A DNA stretch of 64,000 nucleotides from assembly GCA_951406725.2 (NCBI GenBank), contig OX597820.1, positions 46,252,001-46,316,000 of the forward strand, in the 5' to 3' direction. Source of the DNA: Octopus vulgaris (lineage: Eukaryota). A program made the position numbers and the translations under genes. The notes under the pieces were generated by a model. The model worked only from the letters and a program-made list of their open reading frames with translations. It was not told where the DNA came from and did not search any database. Below are positions 54,907-64,000 of this stretch, piece by piece (within the stretch, counting starts at the first letter, position 1; each line of letters begins with the position of its first letter).

Positions 54907-56160
54907 GTGCAGTGGGGTATTTGTGGTGGATGGTGATGGGTGATAGCTCGGATGTTTTTTTCCAGTTCTTTTGCTAGATTCATTATAGCTAAAAAAGAGG
55001 AAGAAGAGGTGGTTTCCTGTCTAGGGAACCGCAGGTGACTGTGGCCGCGGCTATTTTTATGTGAGTGGTTATCTTTAAATGTCCGACGAGTCCCCGGGAG
55101 ATGGGTAAAGGGGCAATCCCTGTGCAGACACAATCTGTCTCGCTGGGAATAGCGGCAGATTTGGGGATTCCTTGTTTGAGATATTGGTGGTTGTGGTGGT
55201 GTTGTATTATGGTGGTTGCTGTTGTAGTTTGTGGGGATAGAGCGTTTTGTTCCAGGTAAATGGGTGAATTTGCAGTCTCTATCAGTGCACAGTCTATGGC
55301 GAAGAGAATATCGGCAAATGATGGGGTTTCGAGTGGGTGTGTAGGTGCGTGAGTGTGTGTGAGTTGTGAAAGGTGTAGATGATAGTTTGTTGAAGTTTTG
55401 GCGACCTTTGTGACCTGTAGGAGGTAAATTCCTTGAGATAGCATTAGTAGTAGTAGTTGTAGTAGTAGTAGTAGGTAGAAGAGATGTTGACAGTGGTAAT
55501 GATTGAGGAGGTCGATTCCAAGACAAAGATGTTTGTCGATACATAGTTGGAGTAGTACTAGTAGTAGTAAGCAGAGGAGATGGTGTTGACAATGATGATG
55601 ATTGAGCTGCTGGGGCAGTGAAAGGAAGGGGTGGTGCTTCCTGCTGTGTGACCCTGATGACTGGGGGGGTCAATCGTTTCGTTTAGCAAATCGGCCATTG
55701 TAGATGAATCGAGGAGTGGTTCATCCTGTTGTTGTTGCTGTATCTGTTGTTGTTGTTGCCGCTGAGTTTGTTGTTGAGGTTGTTGTTGTTGTTGCCGCTG
55801 AGGTTGTTGCTGCTGAAGTTGTTGTTGTTGCTGTAGCTGTTGTTGTTGTTGTTGCCGCTGAGTTTGTTGTTGTTGAGGTTGTTGTTGTTGTTGTTGCGCC
55901 GGTGATGCGTTCGAAGAGAAAACACATCTCAGTTTATCGAAGTGTTTATTTATTAATTTAAAAGCAACTTCGATTTGTTTTAATTTATTTTGTATCTGCT
56001 GTTCAGATCGAGTTTGCAAATGGTGAACTGCTCGTTTAGCAATTTCGTTCAGATACGAAGCACCTATGCTCTCTGTTTCGGTAAGGCCATGCCATGTGTT
56101 GATAAGAACGTCGACTTCATTATCAGACCAGTTTTTGTTGGATTTTTGGTGGCTAGCCAT
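54897..56160 (-). pseudogene. LINE ORF1 (Myb/SANT-like N-terminus, polyQ, two CCCH fingers), one frameshift
   Basis: NWSDNEVDVLINTW; Q-rich tract; two C-x8-C-x4-C-x3-H; frame changes at C7 run 55663-55669; stop overlaps the ORF2 ATG by 10 nt. Confidence 0.75.
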
Positions 56161-56629
56161 TCTGGTTGATATGTTTTATTAAATTTTATTTTGTTCGTTT
56201 GTTTTGTTGATTACTTTTAATTATTTTATTTTATTTTATTTTTTTTTAAGGAGAAGTATGTAGAATTGATTGTACAGAATGTTTGCTGTAATACTGAGAA
56301 GTTTGTATTTGAATTATGGGCTTGTAGTTATTTTATCTTTCTTTTCTTTTCTTTTTTTCCCTCTTTTTCTAATTTTTAATGTGTGGGTGATCCTTTAGTT
56401 ATCAGAAGGTGTTTGAAAATATTTGGTCGTTTGAAAATTATGAAAATAGTTTGTGGTTAAGGAAAAGTCTACTCACGAGTTGGGAAAAAGCGTGGTTTCA
56501 AATATACAGGAATATATGTGATGGTCAATTACGACGAATGTAGCTGTGAAGCTTGCTGCTGACCGGCGCAGAGAGGAGTAAAAACACGTCTTATCGTCTC
56601 AGCTTCAGGATGATTATATGTTTTATTCT

Positions 56630-56915
56630 TAACTCGTTTCAGTCATTGGACTGCGACCAAGCTGGAGCATTACCTTGAAGGGTTTAGTCGAATAAGTCGA
56701 CACTAGTACTTAATTTATTATTAAGACTGGTATCTATTCTATCTGTTTCATTTGCCGAACCGCTAAGTTACAAACTAACAATTTAACAAGCCCTTGGTCG
56801 GTCCAAAGTCATAGTAGAAGACAATTGCCTAAGGGGCCCACTCAATGGGACTTAACCTGAAATCATATGGTCATGTGATCTGGAAGCAAACTTCTTACTG
56901 GACAGCCACGTCACC
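56630..56915 (-). mobile_element. SINE family B, deleted
   Basis: Tail and head fragments. Confidence 0.7.
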
Positions 56916-56916
56916 T

Positions 56917-56953
<37 letters not shown>

Positions 56954-57799
56954 TGTGCTCAGAGTATTTGTGTGACGTTCTAGTCATTCTGCTCACCTGC
57001 CATTCTATTCGACTATTTTCAGCACTTAAGGTAATTTCAGACTTCGGCATTAAAACAAACATCTGGGGAAGTGATGCAGTCGATTTCATTCCTCCAAGAC
57101 TTTAGTGGTTCTTTAGTTTATCGGATGAAAGGATTAAGGTGAAAGCAACATTGGCAGTAAGATTTGAACTTAGGTCGTAGCTAAATACTATGGAACATTT
57201 TGATCCGTTCTCTACCACCTCCGTCATCTCCACTACCATTAAACACAACAAAACATATACATGTGAGCAAGGAAGTCTCTATGTTATAACTCAACCAGTT
57301 AGAAATAGCAGCTAAATCACCCTTATGTCACAACCTACTGTCACGTTAAATAACGTGATCCTGGGTTATCTGTACATAGGAAAAATACGGAACGCTTTTG
57401 ATTAGTCAAGATTTTGCCTTCGTTTAATCAAGATTTATCGTGAACTAAGCAACAGCACTTATAAAAGCTTAAATTAATTTTTGAAAAAAATGCAATTACG
57501 ATATAAAATTAGTATAGTAACATATACGAGAGATATCAAATGGCATTTTGATATAAGGTTTATACAGCAGTAGTTAAAAACACAGCTGTGTTTGATATCT
57601 TTTTATTGATATCATCTGGTTAACTAGGTCACACTTTATATCGCTATTTCTCTCTTTTTGTCTCTCTCTTTCTCTCTCTCTCTCTTTCTATCTTTCTTTC
57701 TCTCTCTCCCTTTCACACACACACGCTATCTGTCTCTCACTTTCACACACGCCTACTTATATCGTTAAATATACATACAAGCATTTACATACAGGACAT

Positions 57800-59420
<1,621 letters not shown>

Positions 59421-60004
59421 CCCCCTCAGTCAATCTATATCCATCATCATATATATAGTCTAATTACTTCTGAAGGAAGTAATTATGCAAAACTTTCAGC
59501 CCTAACGGCTTCATCTCACAATCGGCATCGCAGTGTCAAGGTCAAGGCACTTATAGCTCGCTTGCGCAGTCACCAAACTGTTAATAGGTACCATAAACAT
59601 ACATACATGGTAATGAAGCGTTCTGTGATGATCAACTGAAATTATGTGTAATTGATACTTCATGCATTATCTTACCTTTCTGGCCTCACTTCATCTCAAG
59701 TGCATCGCTTGTACAGTAGGATGGGAGTGGCAAAGCTGTTTGTCTTGACTGAGATACATGTTATAAAGACGAAAACTTTGGTGCTAGTCCATCAACACAA
59801 TGGTTTATACCACTTACCACTTATACCTGTCTCTGGAGACAGATAGATGTTATCAAACATCTTTATAGGTCGCAGTAAATACATCATGTTAGCGAAGAAA
59901 ACATCCAGTTATTTGACATCACTCTCTATAAGACAGTTACGATGTTTAGATGAAATATGTGTATTTCATGCACACATAAAGTACATGTACACATACATAT
60001 ACAT

Positions 60005-60041
<37 letters not shown>

Positions 60042-60051
60042 TGTATGTATG

Positions 60052-60082
<31 letters not shown>

Positions 60083-61129
60083 GTTTGTATGTATATATGT
60101 AGCTACAGAGAGAAATTATGTATAAACAACAAAGAATGAAGCCACAGTAATTTATAACAGTTCGTCAATACAATTAATAACAGGTCGATGCATTGCAGTA
60201 AGTCCAAGTACGACAGACTTTTATGTATATATATAATTGACTAAAATAAGCTTCAAAAGCGACTGCAGAAAATCACAGATTTCACATATACTTCATATTC
60301 TAATTATGATCAACAGCTGTTTCGTTAAGATAAACATCACCAAATGTATAATTACATAATTATGTAACATAATTAAATCAAATTAAATCAAATCAAGAAC
60401 TGTATTTACCCAAATCATCAGCAGTGTTGTTTTATGTAAAACAGAAAACAGTTAATAAGAAATTAAGAATTACTAGTTCCAGTTCTTTGGGGTTACTGGA
60501 TTTGTTATGCATATAAACAGATTGGCTATTTATTTTTCTGGGATTGGTCAAGTGACCAATCTGATGAGAATTTAATAAGGTTCGAAAATCGATTAAAGTT
60601 GATTATTGTTGATTATTGCGACGGAGAACTAGTGAAATTTGCTATGCTTGTATGTTTTCTACGTGGTTTTAAATCATTTCAACAGAAATTTTTAATTCCA
60701 TGGGTGTCATCTGACATCAGAAATGGATATGTTTCATTCGTATTAAACTTCATTAAAAAGCATTGTGACTTCAAAACTGATTGATCTGTGATTTTTGCCT
60801 CCAGGCAAAAAACAAAAAACAAACAAAAAAAGTTTTAGCTAGTAGAATTTAGCGTACTTACAAAATATTAAAATAAATAATCAAAGTGGGCCAATGAATT
60901 TAGATAATTACGTCAGGTAAAGATCTACTGAATGACTTCATTGAGTCCTAATGACTTCATTAAGACCTAAAATGAGTTTATTCTATATCATTTATACTTT
61001 GGTATATAACCACATTCACTTCTGTGAATATACAATTGAAGGAAGAGAGCCAATTGAAAAGACCCCAACAGAAGCAACATCTACGGTGTTAACTGTTAAA
61101 AATCTATATCTTTTTGTATCTTTATTTTC

Positions 61130-61495
61130 TACTTATTTCAGTCTCTGAATCGCAGTCATGCTGGAGCACTGTTTTGAAGGTTCTCAATCAAACAGCTCGA
61201 GCCTAGTATTTATTTTTTCTTTAAGTCTAGTACCTATAATATCGGTCTTTTTTTTTCTGAAACGCTAAGTTACGGAGAAAGGGGAAATCATAAATACAAT
61301 GACATACACGCACATTCATATATATATATGACGGCTTCCACGTAGTTTCTGTTTACAAAATCTACTCACAAGGTATTGGTTGGCCCGGCGATATAGTAGA
61401 AGACACTTGCTTAAGGTGCCGCATAGTGGAACTGAACCCGAAACTACGTAGTTGCAAAGCGAGCTTCCTAACCACCCAGCCACGCCTGCGCCTAT
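61130..61495 (-). mobile_element. SINE family B
   Basis: tRNA-like head ggcgtggctgggtggttagg...ggttcagttc and shared tail. Confidence 0.8.
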
Positions 61496-62199
61496 AACGA
61501 CAAATTCTCTCTCAAATACCACCTTACTGACTTTAATGAAGGTGCACGTTGGACAATGTGATTGCAGCTATACTGTGCCCAGTAACCATGATTGAAAATG
61601 TTTTTGATTGCAGATTTGCTAGATTTGAGTTAGATTAGGACTATGTTTATATACCGTGGTAGTACAAAGAGTAAAGTCGAACCAAATATGATCTGATCAT
61701 GAGAGACACATTCACTTAAACAACAAGCACCTTTTCTACCTCTCCGCTAACCTCTGGTAATTACGTAGTACACATGACGACTCTTGGTTCATGTTTTCAA
61801 AATCCAGCAGATCAACGTTCAGAGACGTTCCAGCCATGACCATCCAGAATTGTTTTCATTATATCTGAAACTTAGTAAGTGCGTCGTTCCTTTTTCTACG
61901 TTTATTTGGGACATATTTAATTGGCATTTCTAGAAAGCAAATTATGATTAGACTTGGATTCAATAGAGAAAGAACCAGTTTCTAACCTAGATCCAATGTT
62001 CCTTCAGGGTATGTATGTATGTATGTATGTATGTATGTATGTATGTATGTATGTATGTATGTATGTATGTATTTGTGTACGTATGTATGTATGTGCAGAT
62101 TTGTATGTTTTATGTATGTATTCTCATGCAAATAGTTACATATCTAGACATGCTCATATATATTTAAATGATAAACATCTGCTAAGTTTTACAAATGTT

Positions 62200-62330
62200 T
62201 GCAGTTCCAGTGATGGATTGGATCTATAGTCTTTGAATTAGCTTTCTCCTTTCTGGTTTTGAGAAGCCTAATTTTTCAAGATTGGTATTTAAGCAGTGTG
62301 TTACATATCCCAGGGTCCCAATAATTACAG
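62200..62330 (-). mobile_element. RLE-type non-LTR C-terminal fragment
   Basis: PVIIGTLGYV...LEKLGF resembles the P-x-V-I-G-A-L-G motif at 8790. Confidence 0.5.
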
Positions 62331-62351
62331 GTGCTCCAGCATGACTGCAGT

Positions 62352-63380
62352 CCAGTGATGCTTTCGGAAGGCTAGAAAGGCGCCTCTGGAATCGGCGACA
62401 CGTATGCAGAAAGACAAAGATAAAGGTGTACAAGGCATGTGTGCTCCCTTCTCTTCTCCAATCCTGCGAAACGTGGATCACATATCGATACTACTTAAAC
62501 AACTGGAACGTTTCCATCAGATGTGTCTCAGACGGATCTACGGCATTAAGTGGGAGGACCGCATCAGTTATCTTAAAATATTAGAAGGCTCTTGGTGCGA
62601 AAGTATAGAAGCTCTTATGTTAAAGCAAAGGCTCAGATGAAGTGGTCATCTGATCAGGATGAAGGATTCAAGGATGCCAAAACAATTATTTTATGAAGAG
62701 TTAGCTAAAGGAGAACGACCCCCACATAAACCAAAAAAGAGATATAAGGACTTGCTGAAGGCTTCCTTAAGAGATGCTTGCATCTCTCCTGACACATGGG
62801 AGGACATAGCTATTGATCGTAGCAGGTGGAGAAGGATTGTGCGCGAGGGGACAGCTACTTTTGAGAAATCTCGAGTTGCGCATGAGAAAGTAAGGAGGGA
62901 TGTCAGTAAGGGCATCGCTGTTACACTTCCAGATGGGAAGGGTCTTCCTATGATGCTGACATGCAGTGTCTGTGGAAGACCCTGCCTCAGTAAAGCTGGA
63001 CTCAAGAGTCATCTTCGTAGTCATAAAGCGAGACAGATGAGTGACAACCTGGCCACTGGTGGTGGTGTTACACACCATACTAATCATATCTGCCAGGCAT
63101 GTGGAAGAGCGTGTAATTCGGCAGGAGGACTTAAACGACATGCAAAGGTACATGAAGCCCAGTTACAACTACAGCCGGCTACTGCTGGTAAAGGTTTTAG
63201 CTGCCAATTCTGTACAAGACATTGTAGATCTTTAGTTGGGCTAAAAAGTCACATTCGATCACAGCACCAATAACAGTTAATCTTCGTGCAATGGCCATAC
63301 TCAATAACGAGGATGGGTGGATGGATGGATGGATGGATGGATGGGTGCATAGATGGATGGATGGATGGGTGCATGGATAG
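62352..63380 (+). mobile_element. RTE-clade LINE 3' fragment with three C-terminal C2H2 fingers and (GGAT)n tail
   Basis: AFGRL, TKIKVYKACVLPSLL..CETW, LERFHQMCLRRI..IKWEDR, LR*SGHLIRM...PKQLFY, RYKD; frameshift near 62490; TGA at 62638. Confidence 0.88.
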
Positions 63381-63515
63381 ATGATTGTGTGCGCGCGCGC
63401 TTGTATGCATGTATGTATACGTGAGTTGCGGCTGGCTGGTCCAATGAATGGAGGGATGAACTGATGGTTAGTTGTATGCATGAATACTCATACATATACA
63501 AACATAAACACACTC

Positions 63516-63591
<76 letters not shown>

Positions 63592-64000
63592 GGAAAGAGA
63601 GAGAAACAGAAACGGATGGACAGGCAAACGGATACACCGACTGACGTATGTCGAAAATGAATAAAAGTAAAATTACTTAAGTTGGTATGCCCTTCTTAGA
63701 AAAAGTTTATCTGTGTACGTATATTCACCTCAAACACCTACGTGGGTGTGATACGATGGTTTGTTTTGCCAACAAGCTCGCCCCAACAATCTGCTACGTC
63801 AGAGGTACATATGATCGTGGGGTAATAAAAGGAAGTGTTGATATGGTTTCGGCAGGCACACAGACAAACAGATGGGAATCAGATGCTATCTTGTCTCTAT
63901 ACCGGAAGTAAGCTGTACGTCTGTAAGCCTGCCAGTCTGCACGTCTGGTTATATGGTCATGTGGTTATGTATAAGTACGTGGAGAGAGAGAGAGATAGCG

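Larger units (their letters stand above)
51818..56610 (-). mobile_element. Near-full-length CR1-group LINE
   Basis: 5' UTR, ORF1, ORF2 (APE + RT), short 3' UTR and tandem tail (ttctaagtta)x2; 5' boundary approximate. Confidence 0.92.

Noticed and set aside
52346-55961. Plus-strand ORFs overlapping the LINE
   Set aside because: Antisense shadows of LINE ORF1/ORF2
63687-63911. ORF with GSVDMVSAG resembling the next S1 motif (ADLAVA)
   Set aside because: No acceptor in phase and no following T-x-T-x-x-R / DF motif; the next exon is probably beyond the window

Overview
Eukaryotic, AT-rich window saturated with microsatellites and transposons; the repeat families suggest a coleoid cephalopod, probably Octopus (inference). 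The only well-supported host gene is on the + strand: a divergent ionotropic glutamate receptor / IR-like gene. It has seven phase-compatible GT-AG exons (13684-51506) plus one probable upstream exon (8051-8242), encoding an amino-terminal domain and the first half of the S1 ligand-binding lobe. Its start was not identified and it continues past the window. The introns contain a near-full-length CR1-group LINE with an unusual ORF1, a Penelope-like element (RT + GIY-YIG), RTE and R4/Dong fragments, Tc1/mariner relics, MITEs, Helitron-like elements and at least three tRNA-SINE families. The most notable hidden signal is a set of about ten hammerhead-ribozyme motifs (CUGANGA...GAAAC-palindrome-GUH) in short, microsatellite-flanked, often fold-back Penelope-type terminal repeats. 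Three have intact cores in the sense orientation of the receptor pre-mRNA. Nearly all short ORFs in the supplied track are microsatellite translations. Repeat boundaries were read by eye and are approximate.
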